DNA of 64,000 nt. Origin: Candidatus Poribacteria bacterium (lineage in GTDB: Bacteria; Poribacteria; WGA-4E; WGA-3G). Positions within the stretch are counted from its first letter, which is position 1, and each line of letters begins with the position of its first letter. The notes below the pieces were generated by a model that worked only from the letters and a program-made list of their open reading frames with translations, made no database searches and was not told the DNA's origin. Where the stretch lies: assembly GCA_965242965.1 (NCBI GenBank), contig OZ251518.1, positions 4,800,001-4,864,000 of the forward strand, in the 5' to 3' direction. Positions 1 through 9,853 of this stretch are shown here, piece after piece. A program made the translations under genes and the position numbers.

Positions 1-315
1 GATTTGGCGATTTGCGCGATTCCGGAGCCGCATATTGAACGATGGCTACTCCTTGACTCGGAAGCGTTCAAAACGGTTTTGGGAAAAGGGTGCCCGGCAC
101 CAGACCAGAAATGCGAACGAGATCGGTACAAGCGGCTTCTGATAGAAGCAGTTCGTGCCGCGGGATTAGTTCCAATTTCAGGCGGTATTGAGCACACGGA
201 AGAACTTGTCAATGCCATGAATCTCTCGCGTATGGCACAAATTGATAGAACCATAGACAGACTTTTGAACGCGTTGCACAGAAGGTTTCAGATGTGGCAG
301 CAAACAGAAAATTGA
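1..315 (+). CDS. C-terminal part of a DUF4276/RloB-like hypothetical protein (5'-truncated by window)
   Basis: ORF open from window edge; 'AIPEPHIERWLLLD' resembles the xIExWLL motif of DUF4276-type proteins. Confidence 0.5.
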   Translation, partial: DLAICAIPEPHIERWLLLDSEAFKTVLGKGCPAPDQKCERDRYKRLLIEAVRAAGLVPISGGIEHTEELVNAMNLSRMAQIDRTIDRLLNALHRRFQMWQQTEN

Positions 316-326
316 ATCGGCACGAT

Positions 327-890
327 ATGAAAACGCCTGACATCACAATCATCGGCGAAAAGGGACAGGCAGGAACATACCTCCTGTGCATCCGACTCGC
401 AGAAGATACCAAAATCCGATTCGGACGCTTCAAAAAGGGAAAACCGATTTTTCTTCCGGCAGGTGACTATGTCTACGTCGGTTCAGCACTCGCCGAGAAA
501 GGCGCGACATCCCTCGCACGGAGGCTCGTTCGACACGCAACGCGAAGCGGGAATTTACCACCCCATGCAATTCGCTGCGAGATGATACGCCGATTTACCG
601 AATGCGGCTTGGGCATCGGCAATCTGCTTCCAAGACGCGGCAAAACCTTGCATTGGAACATCGATTTCCTCTTGGAACTACAATCGGCGGAAATTGCAAG
701 CGTCATTATCCTGCGCTCGCCTGAACGACTCGAAAACAGCATTGCTAAGCGGTTAGAACAAGATGAGCACACGCAAATTATTGAAAAGGGATTAGGCGCG
801 AACGATGCACCGGGTAGCACGCATCTGTTGCGCGTGAACGCGGACAGTCCGTGGTGGGCATCTCTCGTCGCACAACTGGAGCAACTATGA
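327..890 (+). CDS. DUF123 / GIY-YIG (Uri superfamily) nuclease-like protein
   Basis: GTYLL...YVYVGSA, 'LHWNIDFL', 'GxGAND' motifs; stop overlaps next start (ATGA). Confidence 0.75.
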   Translation: MKTPDITIIGEKGQAGTYLLCIRLAEDTKIRFGRFKKGKPIFLPAGDYVYVGSALAEKGATSLARRLVRHATRSGNLPPHAIRCEMIRRFTECGLGIGNLLPRRGKTLHWNIDFLLELQSAEIASVIILRSPERLENSIAKRLEQDEHTQIIEKGLGANDAPGSTHLLRVNADSPWWASLVAQLEQL

Positions 891-2329
891 ACGATAAAAC
901 TCGACCCAACATTCTTTTTTTATTAACCGATCAGCAGCGATACGACTCGCTCGGTTGCAACGGCGCGCCGGTTTGCAGAACACCCGCTGTCGATGAAATC
1001 GCCGAGCAAGGGACGCGGTTTACGAATGCCTATACGCCCATCGCGCTCTGCTCGCCGGCACGCGGGTCACTGCTCACCGGACTCTATCCGCATAACCACG
1101 GACAGCTCTCCAACATGGGCAATTTCAACGGCGTGTTCGCAAACCAAATTCTTGATAAACCGGCGTACCCGCAACTGCTGAAAAATGCAGGTTATCAGGT
1201 GAGCTGCGTCGGGAAATGGCACCTCGCTAAGGAAGGCGATACCGAATTCTGGGGTTATGATAAATGGCATCCCTATCGTGAGTGGCACCAGTGGCTTCGC
1301 GATGCAGGGATTGACTTCCGAATTGACAGAGACGCTGTGCAACCGCTTGAATGGGGCGGCGATGCACCTTTTTACGGCAGACTGACACTCCCTGCAGAAC
1401 GCACGATGGAGGCGTGGACAGCCGATAAAACCATTGAGTTAATCAACGGATATACGAGTGCCGCGCAACCCTTTATGCTCGCCGCGAATTTCTTCGGACC
1501 GCATTTTCCTTACGCCGTCCCTGCGCCGTATGATACGATGTATAATCCGAATGACGTTGAACGGTGGGGCAACTTTGACGAGCAGTTTGTCAACAAGCCG
1601 TCTATCCAGCAAAAGGAGATGCTCCGCTGGAACACCAGTCACCTTACCTGGCCAGATTGGCAGAAAGTCATCGCCTGCTATTGGGGCTTCTGCACTTTCA
1701 TCGATACCCAGGTCCGGCGCATCCTCAACTGCCTTGAAGAGAACGGTCTGGCAGAAAATACCATCGTGATTTTTTCCACCGACCACGGTGATATGCTCGG
1801 CAGCCATCGACTTTTTAACAAAGGATTCCACATGTATGAGGAGACGCACCACATTCCGCTCGTCATCCGATGGCCGGGTGTGACTGCACCGGGGACGACG
1901 TGTGATGAGTTTGTGAATCTCGTCGATCTGATGCCGACGTTTTTGGAACTAGGCGGCGCGCAGATACCTAATAATTTGGACGGCAGAGCTATCGTGCCGC
2001 TACTGCGAGGTGAAACGGTGCCTGACTGGCCCGATGACGTGTTCGCCGAATTCCACGGGTATGAGCCGACGCTTGCCTCTGTGAGGATGGTGCGCACGCG
2101 CTCGTGGAAATACGTCTACAATCCGTATAGTGAGGATGAACTCTACGATATGCAGAGTGACCCGCACGAATTGCACAACCTCGCGACGCACCTCGGTTAC
2201 AAGCACGTCCTTCGCCGCATGAAGGCGCGCATGGTGAATCGCCTGCGCGAGACGCGGGACAACATCGTCATGGAAGGCGGATGGCAGAGCAATTCGTTTG
2301 ATTTGTTGGTGTCTGAGCGAGAACGGTAG
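887..2329 (+). CDS. Sulfatase (formylglycine-dependent)
   Basis: RPNILFLLTDQQR, CSPAR (CxPxR) motif, GKWHL, STDHG, ELYD..DPHE. Confidence 0.95.
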   Translation: MNDKTRPNILFLLTDQQRYDSLGCNGAPVCRTPAVDEIAEQGTRFTNAYTPIALCSPARGSLLTGLYPHNHGQLSNMGNFNGVFANQILDKPAYPQLLKNAGYQVSCVGKWHLAKEGDTEFWGYDKWHPYREWHQWLRDAGIDFRIDRDAVQPLEWGGDAPFYGRLTLPAERTMEAWTADKTIELINGYTSAAQPFMLAANFFGPHFPYAVPAPYDTMYNPNDVERWGNFDEQFVNKPSIQQKEMLRWNTSHLTWPDWQKVIACYWGFCTFIDTQVRRILNCLEENGLAENTIVIFSTDHGDMLGSHRLFNKGFHMYEETHHIPLVIRWPGVTAPGTTCDEFVNLVDLMPTFLELGGAQIPNNLDGRAIVPLLRGETVPDWPDDVFAEFHGYEPTLASVRMVRTRSWKYVYNPYSEDELYDMQSDPHELHNLATHLGYKHVLRRMKARMVNRLRETRDNIVMEGGWQSNSFDLLVSERER

Positions 2330-2421
2330 TACATGCTAAAGCGATGCCCTGCTCCTCGCCGCTACACGTCTAGTCTCGCGCGAGCACGAAAAACTCAGCG
2401 TCTTTCGGAGTTAATTTTTCC

Positions 2422-2450
2422 TTGATTTGACTAAGAAATCATGGTATAAT
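2422..2450 (+). promoter_or_regulatory. Sigma70-like promoter
   Basis: TTGATT-17 bp-TATAAT with extended TG, upstream of 2523 ORF. Confidence 0.6.
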
Positions 2451-2522
2451 AAACGAAAGCAGCTGAATCAATAGGTTGGATGCGCGAACGAGCTGCCAAA
2501 CGAGCCAATCTCCGTTTCTTAA

Positions 2523-3098
2523 GTGACAGTTATGCTTACATTTAAATGCGCTATTGAGCAAGTTGCAGACTGGCATCCGCGCCTGTTTCTTGATTCACAT
2601 GTTGTTGCATGCGTGGCAGTGATGAGTTTGCATTCGGCTTCACCGGGAGTCTTTGAAGTTGAGTGCGAGAATATCGTATCTGATTGGCTAGGTGAGGAAA
2701 CACGGTTTATGCTTGAGGTTTCGTGGGCAGCAGAAACTGCTCAGAAAGCGGAACGTTTACGCTCTACTATACAACAAAAGCCTATAGTAGAGATGGCTGC
2801 CTCGGCTTTAGCGTTTAGTCTAACCCCTCACATCATCGATCTCGGCGAATTATCTGTCGCGAGTTACGGCGAACGCGCTGATTACCTCTTATTACAAAAA
2901 CCAGCAGTTCTTGAAATCAGTGGCACAGAATCGCCGGCTGAACTCGCAAGGCGGCATCGGGAAAAGGTGGCTCAAGCCCTAGAAAACCCATATAGTCTAG
3001 ATGCGTATATTGTCGTCTGCAGTTTCTCTGCCGCTGGACACCGTATTCGATTTTCTTATCACCGTTGGGAGGACGCGAATGAATCCGCAGAACGTTAA
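2523..3098 (+). CDS. Hypothetical protein, possible PD-(D/E)xK-like nuclease fold
   Basis: 191-aa ORF; 'RADYLL...LEISGT' motif; overlaps downstream gene. Confidence 0.6.
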   Translation: MTVMLTFKCAIEQVADWHPRLFLDSHVVACVAVMSLHSASPGVFEVECENIVSDWLGEETRFMLEVSWAAETAQKAERLRSTIQQKPIVEMAASALAFSLTPHIIDLGELSVASYGERADYLLLQKPAVLEISGTESPAELARRHREKVAQALENPYSLDAYIVVCSFSAAGHRIRFSYHRWEDANESAER

Positions 3099-3477
3099 AC
3101 CTTACCCGGAGGCACTCAAAGAATTAATGGGCAGAAAGTCATACATCCTTTCCAAAGCACACGCCTTGGAAAAATTTGGCATCCCGGAAACTGTGCAACC
3201 TTTCTGGCTGTCCGCTGCCGCCTATGAGGAACAGATCGCGCCTCAACTCGATCTCTTGGGACGCGAATTGGAAGGGGCTGTGCATCGTATTAGTGCCGCG
3301 TCATGTTACCAAAAAGCCGGGCAATTGAGCCGTGCCGTAAACCTCTACCGCGCAGCACTTGCGGGGCCGTTACGTGATAACACGCGGCAGGACGTTGAAA
3401 AAATGCTCAGTGACTGCCTCATCGCGTTGACTCATCAACAAGAAAAACCGGTTACCGCAATACCAGAAATAGCCTAG
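3079..3477 (+). CDS. Hypothetical helical (TPR-like) protein
   Basis: GGAGG SD then ATG at 3079; 'SAASCYQKAGQLSRAVNLYRAAL' is TPR-like. Confidence 0.65.
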   Translation: MNPQNVKPYPEALKELMGRKSYILSKAHALEKFGIPETVQPFWLSAAAYEEQIAPQLDLLGRELEGAVHRISAASCYQKAGQLSRAVNLYRAALAGPLRDNTRQDVEKMLSDCLIALTHQQEKPVTAIPEIA

Positions 3478-3521
3478 GGTGAGGGACTGAGGAGAAATCA
3501 CGAACAGTCTCAAACCAACTC

Positions 3522-3660
3522 GGTAGGATAGACCTCCCGGTCTCGATGTTGAGGTATCGGGACAAGGATGTCCCGCCTACCGTGTTCAATCGGTAGGATA
3601 GACCTCCCGGTCTCGATTTTGAGGTATCGGGACAGGAATGTCCCGCCTACCGTGTTCAAA
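3522..3660. repeat. Tandem duplicate (~70 bp x2) of a paired GTAG-REP unit
   Basis: ggtaggatagacctcccggtctcgat..gaggtatcgggaca..atgtcccgcctaccgtgttcaa twice. Confidence 0.85.
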
Positions 3661-3748
3661 AATATGAGACGCGCATTGATTAACTTGACAAAGTTTTGTT
3701 TTTAGGTTAACATCTTTGCAGAAACCCTTACCTCCAAAAGGAGAAATC

Positions 3749-4771
3749 ATGAAACAAGCTGCAATCTTAGGTCCTTCTCAAGCCGGGCTCGTTGAAGTGC
3801 CGGATCCGAAACCGAAAGAAGATTGGGTAGTCGTGAAAATTCACGCCGCACCCATGTGCAACGAATACCACGCCTTTGAGCATGGACACAAAACCAATTC
3901 CCTCGGCCACGAAGCCGCCGGCGAAGTCGTTGACATCGCACAGCCCGGCAAAGTGGCAATCGGTGACCGGGTTGTGGTGATGCCGCAATACCCGTGCGGG
4001 AAATGTGTCCTTTGCACCGACGGCGATTACATCCACTGCGAGGATAACTACAATTTCGAGGAGTTCACGGGCTCGCAGTACGGCCGCGCAACGATGGCGC
4101 AGTATATCGTCAAACCGTCGTGGCTTCTCCCGAAGATTCCTGAGCATGTCTCTTACGAACATGCATCGCTTGCGTGTTGCGCTTTAGGACCCTCTTACCG
4201 GGCATTTGATGAGATGGGGCTGAATGCAACGCATACCGTCCTCGTCACTGGCATCGGCCCCGTCGGTTTCGGTGCGATTACAAATGCGCGGTTTCGGGGA
4301 GCGAAAGTCATCGCGGCGGAACTGATTCCGTGGCGCGCTGAACACGCAAAACAGATGGGTGTTGAGGCTGTTATCAACCCCACCGATGAAGACGCAGTAG
4401 AGCAGATTCGCGAACTGACAACAGATGGACGCGGTGTCGATTTCGCGATTGACTGCTCAGGCAACGTCAAGGCGCATCGGCTCTGTATCGATGCAACGCG
4501 TCGCCGCGGCAGAATCGCGTTCGTCGGACAGAGCGGTAGAAACGACACGGTCATCCATGTCAGTCCGGACCTCATCGGCAAGGGGTTGCACCTCGTCGGT
4601 GCGTGGCACTATAAACTCAGCCAATTCCCTGGTTTGCTGCGGGTAATTGAAGGTTCGCCGCTGCTCGATCTGCTTATCAGCAACATTTTTCCGATGAGCG
4701 AGATTCAGAAAGCGTTCGAGACCTCGGCTTCTCACGAAAGTTCCAAGATTATTCTCAAGCCGTGGGAGTAA
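3749..4771 (+). CDS. Zinc-binding alcohol dehydrogenase (MDR family)
   Basis: GHEAAG, CxxCxxC..C structural Zn site, GIGPVG; AGGAG SD. Confidence 0.92.
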   Translation: MKQAAILGPSQAGLVEVPDPKPKEDWVVVKIHAAPMCNEYHAFEHGHKTNSLGHEAAGEVVDIAQPGKVAIGDRVVVMPQYPCGKCVLCTDGDYIHCEDNYNFEEFTGSQYGRATMAQYIVKPSWLLPKIPEHVSYEHASLACCALGPSYRAFDEMGLNATHTVLVTGIGPVGFGAITNARFRGAKVIAAELIPWRAEHAKQMGVEAVINPTDEDAVEQIRELTTDGRGVDFAIDCSGNVKAHRLCIDATRRRGRIAFVGQSGRNDTVIHVSPDLIGKGLHLVGAWHYKLSQFPGLLRVIEGSPLLDLLISNIFPMSEIQKAFETSASHESSKIILKPWE

Positions 4772-5602
4772 TTGAAAAACTGGGAGAGACGAATGACACC
4801 GAGAGAACGTTATCTTTTTGACTTGCGCGGCTATCTGCATCTGGAGAACGTCTTGTCGGCGCAAGAATTGAGCGACGCGCAGTTGGCGATTGAGCGGCTT
4901 GTGCAGTCGCCGCCTGATGCGTTGCCGCCCGGCATCCAGCGCGGCGGGGAAGGGTTTTCCAACGGCTTCTCCGCCGATAAATCACTGGAAGCGTTGACGT
5001 TGCATCCGAGAACCTGGCCGCTTATTAAGGAATTGACTGGGAACAAACCGCGTTTCAATCGTGGTTCGCTCGTCGTCAATACGCACGAAAACCGTGAGAT
5101 GACTCCGCTTCATTGCGCCCGCGAGGGGTTCCGTTGGACGCGCCGTTACGCAGTCAAAAATGGAGAGATCTATACGAACGACATCGTCGTTTTCTTCTAT
5201 TTCACGGATGTCCATCCGGGAGACGGTGGACTGGTAGTCTTGCCGGGCTCGCATAAAAGCAGGTTTGAACGTCCCGAGAAGTTGTTCTTCCCGAACCCGG
5301 ATGACACGGATGCCGCGCTTCATCCCGCGCTTGTCAATGTCACCCCGAAAGCCGGCGATGCAGTGATTATTACCGAGATGTTGACGCACGGTGTGTTGGT
5401 GTGGAAACCGGAAGACAGGGATCGGCGGTTCTTAATTTTGCGGTATAAGCCGCACTATTTTCAGGATGACAGGGGTATCCGCGAGGCTTTTCCACAGGAA
5501 GTCATGGCGCGTCTTTCTCCTGAGACGCAGGCATTGGCGGCATACGGTTCCTATTGGGAAGAGAAGGAGTTAGTCAAACGCGATGTTGTGACGTTGAGTT
5601 GA
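4772..5602 (+). CDS. Phytanoyl-CoA dioxygenase (PhyH)-like Fe(II)/2OG enzyme
   Basis: FDLRGYL, GGLVVLPGSHK, AGDAVI..LTHG; start may be ATG 4793. Confidence 0.85.
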   Translation: MKNWERRMTPRERYLFDLRGYLHLENVLSAQELSDAQLAIERLVQSPPDALPPGIQRGGEGFSNGFSADKSLEALTLHPRTWPLIKELTGNKPRFNRGSLVVNTHENREMTPLHCAREGFRWTRRYAVKNGEIYTNDIVVFFYFTDVHPGDGGLVVLPGSHKSRFERPEKLFFPNPDDTDAALHPALVNVTPKAGDAVIITEMLTHGVLVWKPEDRDRRFLILRYKPHYFQDDRGIREAFPQEVMARLSPETQALAAYGSYWEEKELVKRDVVTLS

Positions 5603-5645
5603 ACGTCTGAATCGCGGATTTACCGGGTTAACTTGCAGGTTCATC

Positions 5646-6788
5646 ATGGCTGAAAACATTACAGGGATGAATCCCGCCATCATCAAATGGGCGCGAGAAC
5701 GCTCAGGATATAGCCTAGCAGAGGCCGCGGCAGTTGTGAAGAAAGATGTCGCGATTCTCACTGATTGGGAGTCTGGGGCTAGCGCGCCGACTTACGTTCA
5801 ACTCGAAAAGTTGGCGGATAAATACAAGCGACCGGTTGCGATTTTCTTCTTCCCGGAACCTCCCGAGGAACCGGATATTGCGGGGAATCTTGCGATGCGG
5901 AGCTCTGATACTCAGCCGATTTCCCCGCAGATGCATATTTTGTTGCGTCAGGCTTACGCTCGGCAAATTTCCTTGATGGAGCTGAGTGAGGGCGTGAATT
6001 CGGCGGCAGATCTGATTGTTCGTTCGCTGCGGACAACTCTTGATGTCTCAGCGATAGCGTTCGCGCGAAAAACCCGCGCGTATCTGGACGTAAGCGTTGA
6101 GACACAGATGGGATGGCACAACACGAAAGAGGCTCTCGAAAGATGGCAGGACATCATCGAAGAAAAGGGCATTTTTGTGTTTAAGGATGCATTCCGTGAC
6201 GACACCGTTGACGGTTTTTGTCTTGCCCATGAGGAATTTCCTGTCATCTACCTCAATAATAGCAGACCGGCTGTCCGCCAGATCTTCTCACTCTTTCATG
6301 AGTTAGCGCATCTCCTCCTCGGCGAGAACGGCATTACGCGCGGAAACCGAATTCATGGCGGCGAAAAAGTCGAAAATTTTTGCAACCAATTTGCCGCTGA
6401 ATTTCTCGTTCCAGACCTTGACTTAGACACCCATCTCACTTTTCCGGTTTACGATGACAATGCAATAGAAACCTTGGCAAATCGATACAAGGTTAGCCGT
6501 CCTGTCATTTTACTGAGACTGGTTGACAGAGATATCCTCACGCAAGACGATTATGTTCAAAGCACAGAGGAGTGGGCCGCGGGATACGAATCCCAGCAAG
6601 GAAAAAAGGGCGGGGGCAACTATTACAATACTCTCGCAGCGTATCTTGGCCACAGATTTATGGAACTCGCCTTCAGCAAATATCACCAAGGGCAATGTTC
6701 AATTGAACAACTTGCAGAGCATCTGAATGTCAAAGTCAAAAATCTGCCGAGGTTAGAAGACTGCTTGTCGGGAAGGGCAAACCGCTAA
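5646..6788 (+). CDS. XRE-HTH + ImmA/IrrE (DUF955) metallo-endopeptidase
   Basis: N-terminal HTH (WARERSG...WESG), HELAH (HExxH), 'CNQFAAEFL'. Confidence 0.9.
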   Translation: MAENITGMNPAIIKWARERSGYSLAEAAAVVKKDVAILTDWESGASAPTYVQLEKLADKYKRPVAIFFFPEPPEEPDIAGNLAMRSSDTQPISPQMHILLRQAYARQISLMELSEGVNSAADLIVRSLRTTLDVSAIAFARKTRAYLDVSVETQMGWHNTKEALERWQDIIEEKGIFVFKDAFRDDTVDGFCLAHEEFPVIYLNNSRPAVRQIFSLFHELAHLLLGENGITRGNRIHGGEKVENFCNQFAAEFLVPDLDLDTHLTFPVYDDNAIETLANRYKVSRPVILLRLVDRDILTQDDYVQSTEEWAAGYESQQGKKGGGNYYNTLAAYLGHRFMELAFSKYHQGQCSIEQLAEHLNVKVKNLPRLEDCLSGRANR

Positions 6789-7258
6789 TGGCCTATGTAT
6801 TTGACACCAACAGTTTTAGTGTGCTTGGTAACTACTATCCTGAGCAATTCCCATCGTTTTGGCGAGAATTTGAGCAGGCGGTAGCAGCTGGGAAAGTGCT
6901 CTCTGTCCGCGAGGTCTACAGAGAATTGGAACGCTACGCGCGTCATCCCCACTTAACTGATTGGGTAAAATCTCACCGAAGCATTTTTACCCCACCCGAG
7001 TCAGCGGAGATGCGGTTCGTTGGCGACATTTTCTCCGTTCGGCATTTCCAAACGTTGGTGAACAAGAAAGTTCGTTTAAAAGGTCTCCCGGGCGCAGATC
7101 CGTTCATCATCGCTCGCGCAAAAGTCATAAACGGTTGCGTTGTCACAGAAGAAAAGGTAACCCCGAACGCCGCAAAAATACCCAACGTTTGTCGGCATTT
7201 TGGAGTTGACTGTACCAATCTTCAGGGATTTCTGGAGAAAGAACGCTGGACGTTTTAA
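6788..7258 (+). CDS. DUF4411 family PIN-like protein
   Basis: YVFDTN, ADPFIIA, VVTEE, KIPNVC motifs; TAATG-coupled to the ImmA/IrrE gene. Confidence 0.9.
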   Translation: MAYVFDTNSFSVLGNYYPEQFPSFWREFEQAVAAGKVLSVREVYRELERYARHPHLTDWVKSHRSIFTPPESAEMRFVGDIFSVRHFQTLVNKKVRLKGLPGADPFIIARAKVINGCVVTEEKVTPNAAKIPNVCRHFGVDCTNLQGFLEKERWTF

Positions 7259-7277
7259 CTTTATGAGGACATCAACG

Positions 7278-8192
7278 ATGAGATACGATCGCATCAACCG
7301 AACTTACGATTGTGAGCCAACGCTTACCGATACACAGGTGCTCCAATTTTGCAGAGACGGCTACTTGCAACTCCAAGGAGTCGTCCCTGGCGAGATTAAT
7401 CAACGCACCTGCGATTACCTCAACGGCGATTTGCCGATAAATCCCAGTTACATTCCCGATGGCATGACGTTAGCAGGGCTTGAGCGAATTCGGGATACGC
7501 ATGAACCGAGCTCTATCCTGCTGGAGGACTGGTATATTGAGCATGTCCTCCTCAATCCGCAACTCGCCGGCGCGTTGCGTTCGTTGCTAGGGAAGAATGT
7601 CGGATTACCGGTATTAGTCAGCAATCATCGGGTGGAATGTCCAGCACCGGCGCAAGGGTGGCATCACGATGCAGACCACGTTTTTGGCCCCGAGACTAAT
7701 TTCCTTGAGGTTTTCTACTTCCCGCAAGATACACCTCTGGCACTCGGTCCGACAGAACTTCTGCCCGGTTCGCATCTCCGCTCAACGCGCAGAGATATCG
7801 CCGAGAAAGGCGTTTCAAGCGCGGGACCTGCGGGTTCATTCGTTATTCATTCGCAGAGCATTCTGCATCGACGAGGCGAGTCAACGGCAAAAGGGTTGCG
7901 TCACATGCTGAAATATAGTTATTGGCGCACGGTGCCGCCGACGCGGGATTGGGTGCAGGAGCCGGATTTTGACTTCAGGACAGCGGTATATGGCGGGCAC
8001 GGCGTTGCGCGATATGTAGCGCACATATTCTATTGGCTTTGCGGCAAAGGTGATGAATTTCGCATTATCGGTGGGCAAGCGTGGCCCTGGTCCAGCGATA
8101 ATCAAATCGGTCCCTCCTACGGATTTGGGCATACGGACGGTTACCTTCCAAATTGGCGGAAGGATAACCCTGATGATTATGCCTCGGCATAG
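7278..8192 (+). CDS. PhyH-family dioxygenase
   Basis: WHHD (HxD), YFPQDT, LPGSH, ILHR; GAGGA SD before ATG 7278. Confidence 0.85.
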   Translation: MRYDRINRTYDCEPTLTDTQVLQFCRDGYLQLQGVVPGEINQRTCDYLNGDLPINPSYIPDGMTLAGLERIRDTHEPSSILLEDWYIEHVLLNPQLAGALRSLLGKNVGLPVLVSNHRVECPAPAQGWHHDADHVFGPETNFLEVFYFPQDTPLALGPTELLPGSHLRSTRRDIAEKGVSSAGPAGSFVIHSQSILHRRGESTAKGLRHMLKYSYWRTVPPTRDWVQEPDFDFRTAVYGGHGVARYVAHIFYWLCGKGDEFRIIGGQAWPWSSDNQIGPSYGFGHTDGYLPNWRKDNPDDYASA

Positions 8193-8224
8193 AAAAAAAG
8201 GCGCGCCCGGACGGCGCGCCTTTT
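8193..8224. terminator. Bidirectional intrinsic terminator
   Basis: A7-ggcgcgcc-cggac-ggcgcgcc-T4 between convergent genes. Confidence 0.75.
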
Positions 8225-8257
8225 CCTCAGCGGTTAATAACCACTCGGTGACGGTGC

Positions 8258-8482
8258 TCAGCGTATTCTACCAACGTCGCTCAGCCTCCGTCCGATCAGT
8301 CGGCGATCGGTGGGGACTTTGTTGGACCGGAGTGCCCCCGATAACCGGTAATTCGCGCCTTCTGTCATGCGAATCTTTCCCGCGGCAGTCAGGCGTTTAT
8401 ATTCCTCTAAAAGCCGAAGCGGGCTGTTCTCAGGGACATCCGCTTCCATAGCAGAGATATGAGCGTAGCGTGACTCGTTCAT
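8258..8482 (-). CDS. Small hypothetical protein, paralog of 8616-8933
   Basis: GGAGG SD; shares MN(E/D)SR and GANYRLS..L.SN.VP.D.R..GR.LS.V with neighbour. Confidence 0.7.
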   Translation of the reverse strand: MNESRYAHISAMEADVPENSPLRLLEEYKRLTAAGKIRMTEGANYRLSGALRSNKVPTDRRLIGRRLSDVGRIR

Positions 8483-8615
8483 TGTGGACCTCCGTTTTCC
8501 GTTGTCAGCGGAAATTTTCTAAGCGTCTTGATGCTGTCCCCACGGTGGCACGCTCCGAAGAGAGCGCCTACGGTGTGGGCGAATTCAGCGGTTAATAACC
8601 GTTCAGGCACGGTGC

Positions 8616-8933
8616 TTAAGACTTCTTGGCAACCCGACTCAGGTACCTCCCGGTGTAACGCGCATCGGAAGGCACGTCATTGGACCCGAGTGGGTGCGAC
8701 AACCGGTAATTCGCACCTCGTGTGATACGGACAGCTCCTTTTGAAGCTGCAGCGAGACGCTCATTTTCCTCAACGACTTGAAGGTCAATCTTCGGGTTAT
8801 TTTCAATGAGCGTCTGGTTATTCCATCTCTTGAGCATTGCAGAAGGCTTAACTCCAGACTCCGAAATTTCGGAAGTCTTGTCTTCTACTTTCGCTTCCAG
8901 AGAGGGAATCGGGAAGTGACGGGAATCATTCAT
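8616..8933 (-). CDS. Small hypothetical protein downstream of ClpP-class protease
   Basis: AAGGAG SD, 15 bp after protease stop; paralog downstream. Confidence 0.75.
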   Translation of the reverse strand: MNDSRHFPIPSLEAKVEDKTSEISESGVKPSAMLKRWNNQTLIENNPKIDLQVVEENERLAAASKGAVRITRGANYRLSHPLGSNDVPSDARYTGRYLSRVAKKS

Positions 8934-8948
8934 GATGAGTCTCCTTTT

Positions 8949-9821
8949 TTACACATTGAAGTATTCGCGGGTATGGACGACAAACCAGGGAGCCTGGATC
9001 CCTAGGACATAATCCCTGAGCAACCCGAAGTACTCCTCAAGAGCGTTAGACAGATCCGGTGTATCCTCTAACTTCTCTATCTTCAAATTTAACTTCGGAT
9101 CCGAAACCAGGGTCTCCCTGGAAATCATGCGCGCGTGCGAGTGCCACCGCTCATTGTCGCTTAACGCGGCTGCAATCTCCTCTGCTCTTCGCTTCTTATC
9201 GTCCTTGGTAACACGAGTTCCGGTTGAACTGTGCTTGTCCCAATCCTTGAACTTATAGCTGGAGAGCCACTTAATGAGAAATTCATGTGACAACTCGCGC
9301 GCCTGTTCAAATTGGTAAAGTTCGCCCAAGTCAAATTGGTTGAGAAGCGCGTACTCAACCGTGTTCAACTCTCCATCCACGGCTTTTTTGCACAGCCGCT
9401 CATACTGGTTCAAATACGCCAAGGCAGGCACCAGTTTTCCATCCTTCACGATTTGAGGGTCTATGGGCCCCAACCCTGAAAAGTGGCTCATGAAGATGCG
9501 GTTGCCGGCCATCACGAAGACTGTTCCAGCGGACATGGCCCGGTCAGGAATCAGAAAGTCAATCTCGCCGTAGTGGTGACGCATCACTCCTACCATGCGC
9601 TCAACGACTTCAACGGTGCCCCCAGGTGTATCTAGAATAACCGCTATTCTAGATTTCCGGTCGTGGAAAAGTTCAACAGCGTCCTTGACGACATTTTCCA
9701 AACCAAACAGAATTGGACCGAAAATTGTGAGAGCATCTGCATCAAGAACGTTTTCAATTTTGCCCAGATACATGTTGAGCATGGATTTTGTGTGACGATC
9801 AACCGGAGGCAATATTTCCAT
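8949..9821 (-). CDS. SDH-family ClpP-class (Clp/crotonase fold) serine protease
   Basis: LDTPGG, AMSAGT, LGPIDPQ, WHSH motifs; AAGGAGG SD. Confidence 0.88.
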   Translation of the reverse strand: MEILPPVDRHTKSMLNMYLGKIENVLDADALTIFGPILFGLENVVKDAVELFHDRKSRIAVILDTPGGTVEVVERMVGVMRHHYGEIDFLIPDRAMSAGTVFVMAGNRIFMSHFSGLGPIDPQIVKDGKLVPALAYLNQYERLCKKAVDGELNTVEYALLNQFDLGELYQFEQARELSHEFLIKWLSSYKFKDWDKHSSTGTRVTKDDKKRRAEEIAAALSDNERWHSHARMISRETLVSDPKLNLKIEKLEDTPDLSNALEEYFGLLRDYVLGIQAPWFVVHTREYFNV

Positions 9822-9853
9822 AATTTTCCTCCTTAACCTTAAAGGTTTTTATT

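Noticed and set aside
5646-7258. XRE-ImmA/IrrE + DUF4411 pair as a novel system
   Set aside because: A known widespread TA-like gene pair; reported as features only.
8228-8616. Integron attC-like sites after the small paralogous genes
   Set aside because: No clear RYYYAAC/GTTRRRY pairing at proper spacing and no integrase in the window.
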